NCBI RefSeq assembly: GCF_963921235.1
Contig: NC_086097.1
Coordinates: 18,478,001 to 18,542,000, forward strand
Direction: 5' to 3'
Origin: Mobula hypostoma
Lineage: Eukaryota
Length of the DNA: 64,000 bases
In this document: in pieces, positions 11,600 to 24,828 of the stretch
How the letters are laid out: the number at the start of each line of letters is the position of its first letter
Position numbering within the stretch: the stretch's first letter is position 1
Program-made: the position numbers and the translations under genes
Notes under the pieces: generated by a model
The model's input: the letters and a program-made list of their open reading frames with translations, nothing else
Database searches by the model: none
What the model was told of the DNA's origin: nothing

Positions 11600-14560
11600 C
11601 TATCTGCCCATCCAACCTACCTTCGTATTGTCTGCAATCTTTGCAATAAAGCCATTAATTCCAGATCCAAATCATTGACGTATATATCAATCCCAGCACA
11701 GACCCCATTAGTCACCACTAGTTATCGACAGTCAACCAGAAAAGAGTTCTTTTATTCCCACTCTTTGCCTCCTGCCAATCAGCCATTGCACTATCTTTCC
11801 TGTAAACCATGGGCTCATAGCTTGTTAAGCAGCCTCATGTGTAGCACCTTGTCAAAGACTTTCTGAAAATCCAAGTACATAGCATCAACTGATTCACCTT
11901 TGTCTATCCTCCTTGATATTTCTTCAAAGAATTCCAACAGATTTGTCAAGCAAGATTTGCCCTTAAGGAAACCATGCTGACTACAGTCTATTTTATCATG
12001 TGCTTCCAAGTATCATCCTTAACAACTGACTCCAACATCTTCCCAACCACTAACTGGCATATATTTTCCTTTCTTTTGCCTTTCTCTCTTCTTCAAGAGT
12101 GGAGTGACATTTGTAAATGTCTCCACAATCTCTTCAGTCACCTCTCTCTTGGGGTGTACACCATCCAGACCAGGTGAATTATCTACCTTCACACCTTTTA
12201 TTTTCCCAAAAATCTTCTCTCTAGTTATTGCAATTTTGCACGCTTCACGACCCCTGATACCTGAAACTTCCACCATACTGCTAGTGTCTTACGCAGTGAA
12301 GACTGGTGCCAAATGCTGTCATCTGTCATTTCCTTGTCCCCCATTACTACCTCTCCAGCATTGTTTTCCAGTGGTCCAATATCCACTCTTGCCTCTCTTT
12401 TACACTTGAGCTATCTGAAGAAACTTTGGTATCCTCTTCAATATTATTGGCTAGCTTACTTTCATATTCCGTCTTTACCTTCTTAACAAATTTTTCAGTT
12501 GCCTTCTGTTAATATTTAAAAGCTTCCCAATCCCTTAACTTCCCACTAATTTTTGCTCTTTAAATATATCCTCTTTTGTGTTGGCTTTGACGTCCCTTGT
12601 TTGAAATTATTGTGTCATCTTTCCTTTAGAATACTTCTTCTTCTTTGGGATGTATATATCTTGTGCCTTCTGAATTGCTTCCAGAAATTCCTGCCATTGC
12701 TGCTCTGCTTTCATCCCTACCAGTGTTCTTTTCCAATCAATTCTGGCCAACTCTCTCTCATGCCTCTGTAATTTCCCTTACTCCACTGTAATACTGATAC
12801 ATCTGACTTTAGCTTCTCCTTCTCAAACCTCAAGGTGCAAGTGTTCATATTATGATCACTTGCCAAGGATTCTTTTACCATAAGCTCTCTAATCAATTCT
12901 GGTTCATTGCATAACACCCAATCTAGAATAACTGATCTCCTAGTGGGCTCAACCACGAGCTGCTCTAAAATGCCATCTTGTAGGCATTCTAGAAATTCTC
13001 CCTCTTGGAATCCTGCACCAACCTGATTTTCCCAATCTACCTGCATATTGAAATCCTCCATGACTATTTTCTATCTCCTGTTGTAACTTGTAGAACACAT
13101 CCTTACTACTGTGTGGGCATCTGTATGTAACTCGCAGCAGGGTCTTTTTACCCTTTCTGTTCCTTAGCTTTACCCACAAATATTGAACACCTTTCCACCC
13201 TATGTCACATCTTTCTAATGATTTGATTTCATTTTTTACCAACAGTTATGCCACCCGCCCTGCCTTCCTGCCTGTCCTTCTGATACAATGTGTATCCTTG
13301 GACATTAAACTCCCAGTTACAATATTCTTTCAGCCATGATTCAGTGATGTCTACAACATCATACTTGCTAATCTGTAACTGTGTTGCAAGTTCATCAACC
13401 TTATTACTTATACTGCACACATTCAAATATAACACCTTTAGTCCTGTATTCGACTTTTTCGATTTTGTCCACCTTTTACATTGCAACTCATCCTGTTGAC
13501 TGCAATTTTGCCCTATCATCTTTCTATGAGTCTCACTGCACATTGCCTCTGGTTGCAAACTAACCACCTCAACTTCAGCACTATTACTTTGGTTCCCATT
13601 CCTCTGCCAAATTTGTTTAAACCCACCAAACAATTCTAGCCAACCTGTTCACAAGGATGTTGGAACCACTCGGGTTCAGGTGTAACCCATCCCTTTTGTA
13701 CAGGTCATACCTTTCCCAGAGGAGATCCCAATGATCCGCACATCTAAACCCCTGCCTCTGCACCAGTTCCTCAGCTGCACATTCACCTGCAAAATCATCC
13801 TATCCTTATTCACAGTGACACATGGCACAGGCAGCAATCCAGAGGTTATTACACTAGAAGTCCTGTTTCTCAGCTTTCTACTTGCTCCCAGAAACTCTCT
13901 TCCAGACGTCCTCATCTTGTCTACCTATGTCACTGGTGCCAATATGTCCCAAGACTTCTGGCTGCTCACCCTCGCCCTTGAGAATGTCATGGACCCACTC
14001 TAGGATAACCCTGATCCTGGCATCAGGGAGGCATCTTGGTTTCTCTATTGCACCTACAGAACTCCATCTCTGTTCCTCTGTCCAAGGAATCTCTTATCAA
14101 CACTGCAGTCCTCTTCACCTCCCTGCTCCTCTGAGCCGCAACAGCAGACTCAGTGCCAGAGACCCGGTCACTGTGGCTCCCCCCGGTAGATCATCCCCCT
14201 GAATTGTATCTGAAATTATAGGTTTATTATTGAGGAGAATGGCCAGGAGGTGTACTCTGCAACGGCTGTGCATTTCCTCTCTTTCTCCTCACAGTCATCC
14301 TGATACCAATTTCCTGCATGCTAGGGGTGACTACCTCCCTGTAGCTCCTGTCTATCATCTCCTCAATCTCCTGCATGAGTTGAGGGTCATCGAGCTGCAG
14401 TTCCAGTTCCTTAATACGTTCTCTCAGGAGCTGCAGCTCGGTCCACCTGGTGTAGATGTGTTTATCTGGGAGACTGGATATCTCCCAAACTTACCACGTC
14501 CTACGCACAGTACAAAACACTGCCCCTGGAGCTATTCTCACTAATGCAGTAATTGATGAG
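11600..14560 (-). mobile_element. Degenerate CR1 LINE: ORF1 (Zn-finger/coiled coil, esterase-like) + ORF2 (APE, RT), with internal deletions
   Basis: ORF fragments QHGFLKGKSCLTNLLEFF, EDFNMQVDW..SDHN, LKVLYLNVCSI..ITESWL, SSVITSGLLPVP. Confidence 0.9.
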
Positions 14561-15152
14561 GATTGAACAAATAAGGACACAGAGGGAGTGACTTAAAAGA
14601 CAATCTTCCTCACCCAAGTCTGATGAGCCAAAGCCACTCTAAAGACTGGCACACTCTAAGTGAACGGCCGCTCTGCTTACACTTGAATTATTCTTATTGG
14701 CCCTTTCTAATGAAGCCTTCTTGCTGCTTGGTCACTCCTCGACTCAGGAAAACTCCTGGGAAACTCTGCCTGATTACTGCCCTGATTAAAATGTCGACCA
14801 TTTTACGCACCTGTGGTATGGATTGTCCAACTCAGCTCAGCTTTTTGAATCTTGAACGCGGACCTGGATCTATTTACACACTGCCACTTGCTGATTGGTT
14901 GTCCTCAAATCAAAAAAAAACTACTGTGAAACTCTGATTTCAAAATCTTGATTGCCAGCCTGATTAAAAAGTGTCTCTTTCCATGCACCCCTGGTATGGA
15001 TTTTCCAACGTATTGATTGGTCATTGATTTATTATTGTCCATGAAAGCTGCTGTTGCATGTCATCTAGATGGTTCTGGTGCTGCTGCAAATTATTTTCTG
15101 CTACTAATCTATTTAATACTATTTTCCTATTACTGTTTTGGTTTTATCTACC

Positions 15153-15946
15153 TGTACGGGGTCTTCCTTTTTTGTGTGTTAAATTTAAAATGGCTTCTTT
15201 GTTATGTTATACCTGGGAATGCTTCTTCGTTATACTAAATGCTGAGAGAGGCTCTAGCTAGGCATTTGCTTGGGTTAATACAGACAATAGGGTGCTATTA
15301 GCCAATGGGTGGTCATGTATCGTTTTTTTCGGATGATAATACTGTCTCATATGACTGTGGACGGCGTTTTTGGCGGGGAGTCGGAGGAGAGATTGGGTTT
15401 TTGGCGGGGAGTCGGAGGAGAGACGGGGAGGACGGCAGACGGGGTTTTGGTGGGGAGTCGGAGGAGAGACGGGGAGGACGGTGGACGGGGTTTTTGGGGG
15501 GAGTCGGAGGAGAGACGGGAAGGACGGCGGACGGGATTTTGACGGGGAGTCGGAGGAGAGACGGGGAGGATGGCGGACGTGCGGAAAGGCTCCGGTCGAT
15601 CACTTCGGGTGGTCCCAAGCCGTGAGTCAACAGGGTCTGGGTGGTCGTCAGGAATTGATTGAGCTCCAACAGTTGTGCGCGAAGAACTTGGACTTTGATA
15701 AGTCTGGCATCTTTTTTTTCCATTACTTCCTTTTCTGTATGGAATTAATATTAATTTAATATTAATTCGTAGTATAATCTAAAAAGTGTACTTGGTAAAA
15801 CGTACCGGGTATGCTGGCTGCTGATTGATGTTTGGGATTGATTCGGGCGGCAGGGGTGCAGCCACCGACTCCGTGGGAAGCGTTCAGGCCGGTGCTGGGT
15901 GGGATTTCCCCTAGATATATACGAGCCAATAAAACTGAGCATTACA
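15153..15946. mobile_element. Solo LTR (Ty3/Gypsy- or ERV-type), 794 bp
   Basis: TGTA...TACA termini; 4-bp TSD TACC at 15149-15152 and 15947-15950; AATAAA near the right end; CpG-rich. Confidence 0.85.
15356..15585. repeat. G-rich minisatellite (~46-bp unit, ~5 copies) inside the solo LTR
   Basis: Repeats of GGGGAGTCGGAGGAGAGACGGGGAGGACGG. Confidence 0.9.
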
Positions 15947-16639
15947 TACCACTTTATTTAATTGCCTGAGAGGAAACCAAACAGAGTTTCATTGTACCTA
16001 TGTACAATGACAATAAAGATCATTCAATTCAATTCAGTTCAATTACTCCGTACATAAATACACCAAGACCGTAGAAAATGAAAAACAATTATACATACAG
16101 AACATGGAGTTACCATTACAGAGAAAGTTCAATGCAGATAGGCAAATTATGAGCAAAGGTCTCAACAATGTAGACTGAGAGATCAGGAGTTCATGTTTAT
16201 CACATGGATAAGGGCTGTATCAGGAGGAAAGGTCAGTTTGGTCTTGGACTAGGTTGGGAGTTTGGCACAAAACTGTGGACCAAAGGGCCCATACAACTGT
16301 AATTTTTGCACTTTCTATATAGGAGGCTTGTTCAAGAGTCGTATATCAGTGGGATAGGATCTTTCTTTGAACCTAGTCGTACATCTTCTCGTGTTTTTGC
16401 ATCTATTTCCAATTAGAGGGAGGAGAAGAGAGAATGACTGGAGTGGGGGGGTGGTTTAACTATGTTGGCTGCAAAGGACTGGGAAGCTGGGGGGGTGACA
16501 AAATGTGAGTGTAGGGTTGGGAAGATGGGGGATGAGGATTGAAGAAAAGGAATCGAGGAGCTGGGACTGGGGACTGGGGAGCCAAGGTCAGGGCTTGAGA
16601 AACTTGGATACAGGGAACGGGAGAAATAAGTAGTTAATC

Positions 16640-17378
16640 ATAGTCATAGTCATAGTCATAGTCATACTTTATTGATCCCGGGGGAAATTGGTTTTCGTTA
16701 CACTTGCATCATAAATAATTAAATAGTAATAAAACCATAGATAGTTAAATAGTATTATGTAAATTATGCCAGGAAATAAGTCCAGGACAAGCCTATTGGC
16801 TCAGGGTGTCTGACCCTCCAAGGGAGGAGTTGTAAAGTTTGATGGCCACAGGCAGGAATGACTTCCTATGACGCTCTATGTTACATCTCGGTGGAATGAG
16901 TCTCTGGCTGAATGTACTCCTGTGCCCAACCAGTACATTATGTAGAGAATGGGAGACGTTGTCCAAAATGGCATGCAACTTGGACAGCATCCTCTTTTCA
17001 GACACCACTGTCAGAGAATCCAGTTCCATCCCCACAACATCACTGGCCTTACGAATGAGTTTATTGATTCTGTTGGTGTCTGCTACCCTCAGCCTGCTGC
17101 CCCCGCACACAACAGCAAACATGATTGCACTAGCCACCACAGACTCGTAGAACGTCCTCAGCATCGTCTGGCAGATGCTAAAGGACCTCATTCTCCTCAG
17201 GAAATAGAGACGGCTCTGACCCTTCTTGTAGACAGACTTAGTGTTCCTTGACCAGTCCAGTTTATTGTCAATTCGTATCCCCAGGTATTTGTAATCCTCC
17301 ACCATGTCCACACTGACCCCCTGGATGGAAACAGGGGTCACCGGTACCTTAGCTCTCCTCAGGTCTACCACCAGCTCC
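16640..17378 (-). mobile_element. Rex1/Babar-type LINE 3' end, second subfamily
   Basis: ORF 16793-17371 YKYLGIRIDNKLDW..KKGQSRLYFLRRMRSF; (GACTAT)n tail; possible TSD TTAATC at 16634-16639 and 17379-17384. Confidence 0.9.
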
Positions 17379-18689
17379 TTAATCGGTTATCATGTTAACC
17401 GATTATCATGTTAACAGATACGATGGGCCGCATGGCATCCTTCCATGCTGAATATTCTTGGAATCCATTAAGATCTGGTAGCTTTGACCCACTTGTCGCA
17501 GCAGAGATCCAGGTGTTGTGTATACAAAAGCATTCTACCATCCACTTAGCCTGACCGCAATACCAGGAGACGTGAACTGTGTAATGGACTCCTCATGGAA
17601 TCCAGCAGAGGGTGCAAACATCTACAACTTTCCGAATCTCTCTGCTGAAATGGCATTGGATTAACAAATGTAAAAGAGATTAACTCTGACTTCTATGCAA
17701 GGACCGTTCTTCAGTTATTTAAACATTAAAAGCTGTTGCAAAATGGATACTTGCGCTCCATCATGTAATAAATTACTCTGCTTTTTCTAATTATATCATG
17801 TCCTTGTACTAGTGTATCGCTGCTTAATTTCATGGATCTAATGCATTCAAAGCTGTCTTTGAACTTTATTAGCCATCAAGAGAATATTTAGGGCTATGGT
17901 GAAAGAGCAGGGGATTGCCATGGATTTGTCTATGAAGGGCTGCCAAGATTCAAGATTCAAATTTATTTATCACGTGTATGTCGAAGCACAGTGAAATGCG
18001 TCATTCACGATAACAACCAACACACCCGAAGTTGTGCTAGGGGCAGCCCACAAGTGTTGCCACACATTCTGGAGCCAACATAAAATGTCCATAATCCTCA
18101 GAGGAACAACACAATAAGCAACAAAACAACAGCAAAATAAGCCTTATACTTTCATCCCACCCTTGCACATACACAGTCCTTTAACTCAGGCCAGACATCC
18201 AGCCTGCAGCCTCCAGTGGACTCAAGCCTGCAGACATTGGGCTGCAACCTCCATGCCCTCAGTGGGCCAGACAGGTTCACTCTGTGTCAGTAACCCACAT
18301 TGATGTGTGCAATTCAAGTCCATGCATATACAAACAATTCAAGTTGTGGAAATCTGAAATAGAACAGAAAATTCTCAAGATAGTAGGTCAAGTAGCATCT
18401 GTGGAGAGAGAAAAATAAAAATAACTTTTCAGATTTGGTTCTGATGAAGAAGCATTAACTCTCAGTCTCTTTTCACAGAACCTGTAGCTGAGCTCTGGTC
18501 TGGGAATCAATTCTTAGTTATAGAATATAGAACATGGATCATGACAGCACAGTCATTCCTTTCCTTTGTGATCACTTGAGTTGAGCGTAATGTTCTCCTA
18601 ATGGACTTCTACCGGTGAGACCTCAAGCAGCTGTAGAGGTCAACTTGGGATCCACATCTCAAGTTGAGACTTGGGATTCTCCTGTTTGG

Positions 18690-21600
18690 ACAGGGAATGA
18701 GACAGTGAACAGACAGTTTTCACAGAGCACCCCTGTGGCATTCCCCTCAAAAATAAATATACCATTTTGGATACTTTTATGGGGGATGACCTCCCAGGGG
18801 AATGCCATGGAGACCAGGTTACTGGCACTGAGCATGGGTCCGTGGTGCAGAAGTGGAAGTGATGGGGGGCTCAATAGTCAGAGGAACAGATAGGAGATTC
18901 TGTGGACTTGAATGGGACACCCGAATGGTATGTTACCTCCCAGGTGTCGGGGTCAGGGACGTCTTGGATCACATGCACAACATTTTGGAGGAGGTGGGAG
19001 AGCAGACAGATGTCTTGGTGCATATTTGTACCAGTGACATAGGAAGGAAAAGCAAAGAGTTCCTGAAGAGAGAATTTAGAGGGCTAGACAGAAAACTGAG
19101 AAGCAGAATCTCCAGGATAGTAATTTATGGATTGCTACCTGTGCTACATGCCATTGAGGTTAGAAACAGGATGATTTGGCAGATAAATTCATGGCTGAGC
19201 AGCTGGTGCTGAGGGTAGGGCTTCAGGTTCTTGGATCACTGGGATCTCTTCTGGGGGAGGTATGCCTTGTATAAAAGGGACGGGTTGCACCTGAACCAGA
19301 GGGGGCCAATATTCTCGCGGGCAGGTTTGTTAGAGTTGCTGGGGAGGGTTTAAACAAATTTGGCAGGGGTGTGGGAACCGGAGTGAAGGGACTCCGGATA
19401 GGATGGATGGTAAAAAAGCAAAGATAGTGTGCAGTCAGACCATTAGGAATGGCAGGCAGATTATAGAACAAAATTACATCCTGCAGGTTGAGTATCAGTG
19501 CATTCAGGACACAGAATCAAAAAGGGTAGCAAATACAGTACTCAAAAGTGTTATATCTCAATGCATGAAGTATAAGGTGGCTACCTTGTTGCACTTTTAC
19601 AGATTGTCGAGTATGATGTTGTGGCCATCACTGAATTTGGCTGAAGGATGGTTGTAGTTGGGAGCTGAATGTCCAAGATTACCCATTGTATTGGAGGGAT
19701 AGGATGGTAGGCAGAGGGAATGGCGTGGCTCTGCTGGCAAAGAATGGCATCAAATCTGTAGAAATATGTGACATAAAATTGGAAGATGTTGAATCCTTGT
19801 GGGTTGAGTTAAGAAATTGCAAAGGTAAACTACTCTGATGGCAGTTATATACAGGCCTCCAAACAATAGCTAGGGTGTGGACCACAGAATACAATGAGAC
19901 ATAGAAATGACGTGTCAAAAGGGCAATGTTATGATAGTCATGGGAGATTTTAACATGCAGGTTGATTGGGAAAATCAGGTTGGTTATGGATCTCAGGGTT
20001 GTGAATTTGTTGGATGCCTATGAAATGGCTTTTTAGAGCAGCGTTTTGTTGAGCCTACTAAGGATCAGCTATTCTGGATTGGGTGTTATATAATGAACCA
20101 GAGGCAATTAGGGAGTCTAAGGTAAAGGAACCCTTAGGAGGCAGTGATTACAATATGATTGAGTTAAAGTTGAAATTTGATAGGAAGAAAGTAAAGTCTG
20201 ACATAGCAGTATTTCATTCGAGTAAAGGAAATTACAGTGGTATGAGAGAGGAGTTGGCCAAAGTAAATTGGAAGGAGATGCTGGCAGGGATGACAGCAGA
20301 GCAGCAATGGCTTGTGTTTCTAGGAAAAATGAGGAAGGTGCAGGATAGATGGATTCCAAAATCAAAGAAATACTCAAATGGCAAAATAGTATACCCATTG
20401 CTGACAAGAGAAGTCAAATCCAATGTAAAAGTAAAAGAGAGGGCATACTACAAAGCAACAAGTAGTAGGAAGATCAAGGATTGGGAGCTTTTAAAAACCT
20501 ACAGAAACAATGAAAAGAATCATTAGGAGGGCAAAGATGAAATATGAAAGCAAACTAGCAAACAATACCAAGGTGGACCAAGAAGACTTTTTCAAGAGTA
20601 CAAGAAAGTAAAGGAGAAATGAGAGTAGACAGAGGACCATTAGAAAATGGGGTTGGAGAAATAGTAATGGGGTCAAGTAACTAAATGAGAATTTTGCATC
20701 AGTCCTCACTGTGAAAGAGACCAGCAATCAGCCAGGTGTTGAAGGGTGTGAAGGAAGAGAAGTGAGTGCAGTTACTATTACAAGGAAGCAGGTGCTTAAA
20801 AAGCTGAAAGATCTGAAGGTGCTTAAGTCACCCGGACTAGATGAACTGCACACTAGGATTCTGAAAGAGGCAGTGGTGGAGATTGTAGAGGTACTTTGTA
20901 ATGATCTTTTAGAACTTACTGGACTCTGGATGCTGTATACTTGGACTTTCAGAAGGCCTTTGACAAGGTGCCCTACATGAGGCTGCTTACCAAGTTAAGC
21001 GCCCATGGTATTACGCAAAAATTTCTAGCACTGTTAGAGCATTGGCTGATTGGTAGGAGGCATCAAGTAGGAATAAAATAATCCTTTTCTGGTTGGCTAC
21101 CAGTGACTAGTGGTGTTCCAGAGAGGTTGGTGCTGTGACCACATCTTTTTATGCTATATATCAATGATTTAGATGGTGGAATAGATGGCTTTATTGCCAA
21201 GGTTGAAGATGATACAAAGATTGGTGGAGGGGCAGGTAGTGTAGGGTTGCCAACTGTCCCGTATTAGCCAGGACATCCCGTATATTGGGCTAAATTGGTT
21301 TGTCCCATATGGGACTGCCCTTGTCCCGTATTCCCCCCACTAAGGTAGAGCATTCCTATGAAACCTTTTGTAAGCCGAAATAGCATAAAGGGAAGAAACA
21401 ATTACCATTAATTTATATGGGAAAATTTTTTGAGCATTCCCAGACCCAAAAATTAACCTACTAAATCATACCAAATAACACATAAAACCTAAAATAACAC
21501 TATCATATAGTAAAAGCAGTAATAATATGATAAATACACAGCCTATATAAAGTGGAATTAATGTATGTACAGCGTAGTTTCACTAACAGAATTGGGAGAT

Positions 21601-22693
21601 TAAACCAAAACTGATTTGTAGAAAAAAATTGGCACGTACACACATGCGCACGTCACATATGCGCATGTCACGCATTCGCACACAGGTGCCCGTGCAAGGC
21701 TTCATGGTCATGGTAGTCTTTCTCGGGGTTAACACAAGTGTCCTGTATTTGACTGCTACTTATGTCCCTTATTTGGGAGTGAGAAAGTTGGCAACCCTAG
21801 GTAGTGTTGAAGAAGCAGGTAAGCTGCAGAAGGACTTAGACAGAATAGGAGAATGGGCAAGAAAGTGACAAATGAAGCACAATGCTGGAAAATACATGGC
21901 CATGCACTTCGGTATAAGAAATTAACAAACGGACTACTTTCTAAACAGGGAGAAAATACAAAAATCTGACATGCAAAGGGACTTGGGAGTCCTTGTGCAG
22001 AACACCCTGAAGGTTAACTGCAGGTAGAGCTGATGGTGAGGAAGGCAAATGCAATGTTAGCATTCATTTCAAGAGGTCTGGAATACAAGAACAAGGATGT
22101 GATTCTGAGGCCTCACCTTGAGTATTGTGAACAGTTCTGGGCTCCTCATCTAAGAAATAATGTGCTGGCATTGGAAAGGGTCCAGAGGAGGTTCAGAAAG
22201 ATGATTCCAGGAATGAAAGGGTTATCATATGAGGAACGTTTGATGGCTCTGGGCCTGTACTCACTGGAGTTTAGAAGAATGGGAGGGGTGGGGGGTGGGT
22301 GGGAATCGTATTGAAACCTTTTGAATGTTGAAAGGCCTAGACAGAGTAGATGTGGAAAGAATGTTTCCCATGGCGTGGGAGTCTAGGACAAGAGGGCACA
22401 GCCTCAGGATAGAGGGGAGTCCATTTATAATAGAGATGTGGAGAAATTTCTTTAGCCATAGGTTGGTGAATTTGTGGAATTTATTACCACATGCAGCTGT
22501 GGAGGCCAGGTCATTGGGAGTAACTTAGATGGAGATTGGTAGGTTTGTAATTGGCCACAGCATCAAAGGTTACACAGAGGAGGCTGGGGGGTGGGACTGA
22601 GAGCGGGAAAAAAGGATCAGCCATGATTGAATGGCAGAGCAGACACAGGGGGCCAAGTGGTGTAATTCTTCTCCTATGTCCTATGGTCTTATG
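18690..22693 (+). mobile_element. Degenerate CR1 LINE (ORF1 esterase-like region through 3'UTR), interrupted by a DNA transposon
   Basis: ORF 18853-19212 (GGSIVRGTDRRFCG..GLLPV), EPLGGSDYN, RPHLEYCEQFWAP; CR1 tail at ~22620-22693. Confidence 0.92.
21242..21799. mobile_element. Non-autonomous DNA transposon (hAT/Blackjack-like TIRs)
   Basis: 14-bp perfect TIR TAGGGTTGCCAACT/AGTTGGCAACCCTA, subterminal GTCCC repeats, duplicated CR1 target GGTAGTG. Confidence 0.88.
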
Positions 22694-23025
22694 ATCACAT
22701 ATTCTGATTCAGTGTGGGCAAGAGTAAGTGGTGGCTGTGGTTAGTGGATGGGTCTTTTGATTGTCTAGTCTCTCCTCATTGATCTCTGCGACACAGTGGA
22801 GGTCGTTCTCATGCAGAGCAGCTCATACTTGAACAGATTTCCTCCAGGTGTATCTATTGATTGCAATATCTTCCTGGAATTTAGATGTAGTACTGAAATT
22901 TTTCAGTCTGATGTGTTTGGTGTTATCTTTAAACATTTCCATTGCCCACAGTACAGGCCGTTCGGCCCATTATTTTGTGCCGACTTTATCACCTACTCTA
23001 AGATCAATTTAAACCTTCCTTTAAG

Positions 23026-23275
23026 TATTGTATTTAATATTTCTATAATATTTGAGTAATATTGCAGATATATTGTTTGATCAATCATTCCTTGTTCACA
23101 TAATTCATTATTGGTTATATGTAAGAGTACCTGAATGGCGTATGTCATTTTGCCACCAGGTCATGTTTGAGTGCCTCACTGCAAAAAAGGAAAGAGGAGC
23201 TAAATAGCTAAGCATACTGGCTCATTTCTTTTTCTTTTTCTTTTGAATTAGTTTCTGGAGTTACGAAATATAATA
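23026..23275. mobile_element. Probable degenerate short solo LTR inserted in a CR1 tail
   Basis: A CR1 3'UTR (22951-23025 / 23275-23315) is split by a 250-bp block with TATTG...TAATA (decayed TG..CA-like) ends. Confidence 0.4.
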
Positions 23276-24272
23276 GCCATCCTCTTTTCTATCATCCATG
23301 TGTCTATCTAAGAATATATCAACTATATAAAATCTGAAACACAAGGAAGTCTGCAGATAAGAGAAAATCTGCAAATGTGGAAATACAAAGCAACACAAAC
23401 AAAATGCTGGAGGAACTCGGTAGGTCAGGCAGCATCTACGGAAAAGAGTAAATATTCGAGACACTTCCTCAGTCTTGAAGAAGGGTCTTGGCCTGAAATG
23501 TTGACTATCTAGTATTTCTACAGCATTTTGTATGTGTTCTATAAACTGTCAGTTAGATTCTAACCTGTCTGTGATTTAGTATCTGGTGTTCACAACTGTA
23601 TGCATAAAGCATATGAGACCTCATTTAGATTCCAACTTATGAATCAATCCTGGGTATCCATAAACCATAAATAATTCCCAATCTGTTTCTTACTTACAGA
23701 TATTCCCTGTTCTCTCCTAAGCCACCTGATCTCTTGCATTAGACTACAGTCTTTTAGTCACATACAAATATCCTTTATATATTTGTAAGCCGTTTGTGTT
23801 CTTTGGTAGATTCCAGCCTGTAATTCATTTGCAAGTATTCATTTTACATAAAACACATGAGTTGCTCAATTATGTTGCAATCTGTAATACACTCCCAGCT
23901 ATCAATTATTCTCCTTTCGTGGGTGCCATGATGTGGAACTGCAGCTTTAGTTAATATTCTGACTGAATTCAGATTTTCTTGTAAATGTGATTACTGGCTC
24001 ATGTCAGGTATTACAGACTTGGCTGAGGCTGCCAGAGCTTATATTAGTCCAATTATCCAAACATTATTCGCTCACCTTTGGGGATTGATAATTGATCTGA
24101 AGATATCTTTTGCCGAACCACATTTTTGCAGTGTGCTGTATGTGAGCAGTACTGAAATTTCTACACCAAAGCACCACGAAATAACTAGAATAAATGAAGT
24201 ATAAGTATCAGGTTGAACTACCTTCAAAATAAAGTCTCAGGTTCCAATACAGTATCTGCTATTTCCAGTTTA

Positions 24273-24828
24273 CGTTCAGTGCCCACGTTATTAGGTACCT
24301 CCTGTGCCGTATAAAATGGCCACTGAGTGCACGTTCGTGGTCTTCTGCTGCTGTAGCCCATCCACTTCAAGGATCGACGTGTCGTGCATTCGGAAAAGCT
24401 ATTCTCCACACCACTGTAGCAACGCGTGGTTATTTGAGTAACTGTCACCTTCCCGTCAGCTTTAACAAGTCTGGCCATTCTCCTCTGACCTCGCTCATTA
24501 ACAAGGCATTTTCACCGACAGTGCTACAGCTCACTGGATTTTTTCTTTGTTTGTTTCTCGCATCACTCTCTGTAAACTTTAGAGACTGTTCTGTGTGAAA
24601 ATCCAAGGAGATCAACTGTTTCCGAGATACTCAAACCACTCCATCTGGCACCAACAATCACTCCATGGTGAAAGTCACTTAGATCACATTCCTTCCCCAT
24701 TCTGATGTTTGCTCTGAGCCGCTTGACCATGTCTGCATGCTTTTATGCACTGAGTTGCTGCCCCATGATTGGCTGATTAGATTTTTGCATTTACGAGCAG
24801 GTGAACCTAATAAAGTGGCCACTGAGTG
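24273..24828 (-). mobile_element. Tc1-family internally deleted transposon
   Basis: TIR CACTCAGTGGCCACTTTATTAGG, TA on both flanks; ORF 24224-24478 RLVKADGKVTVTQIT...TTRRSLKWMGYSSRRP (Tc1 transposase HTH region). Confidence 0.9.

Noticed and set aside
15305..15759. Arg/Gly-rich repetitive ORFs
   Set aside because: Translations of the LTR minisatellite
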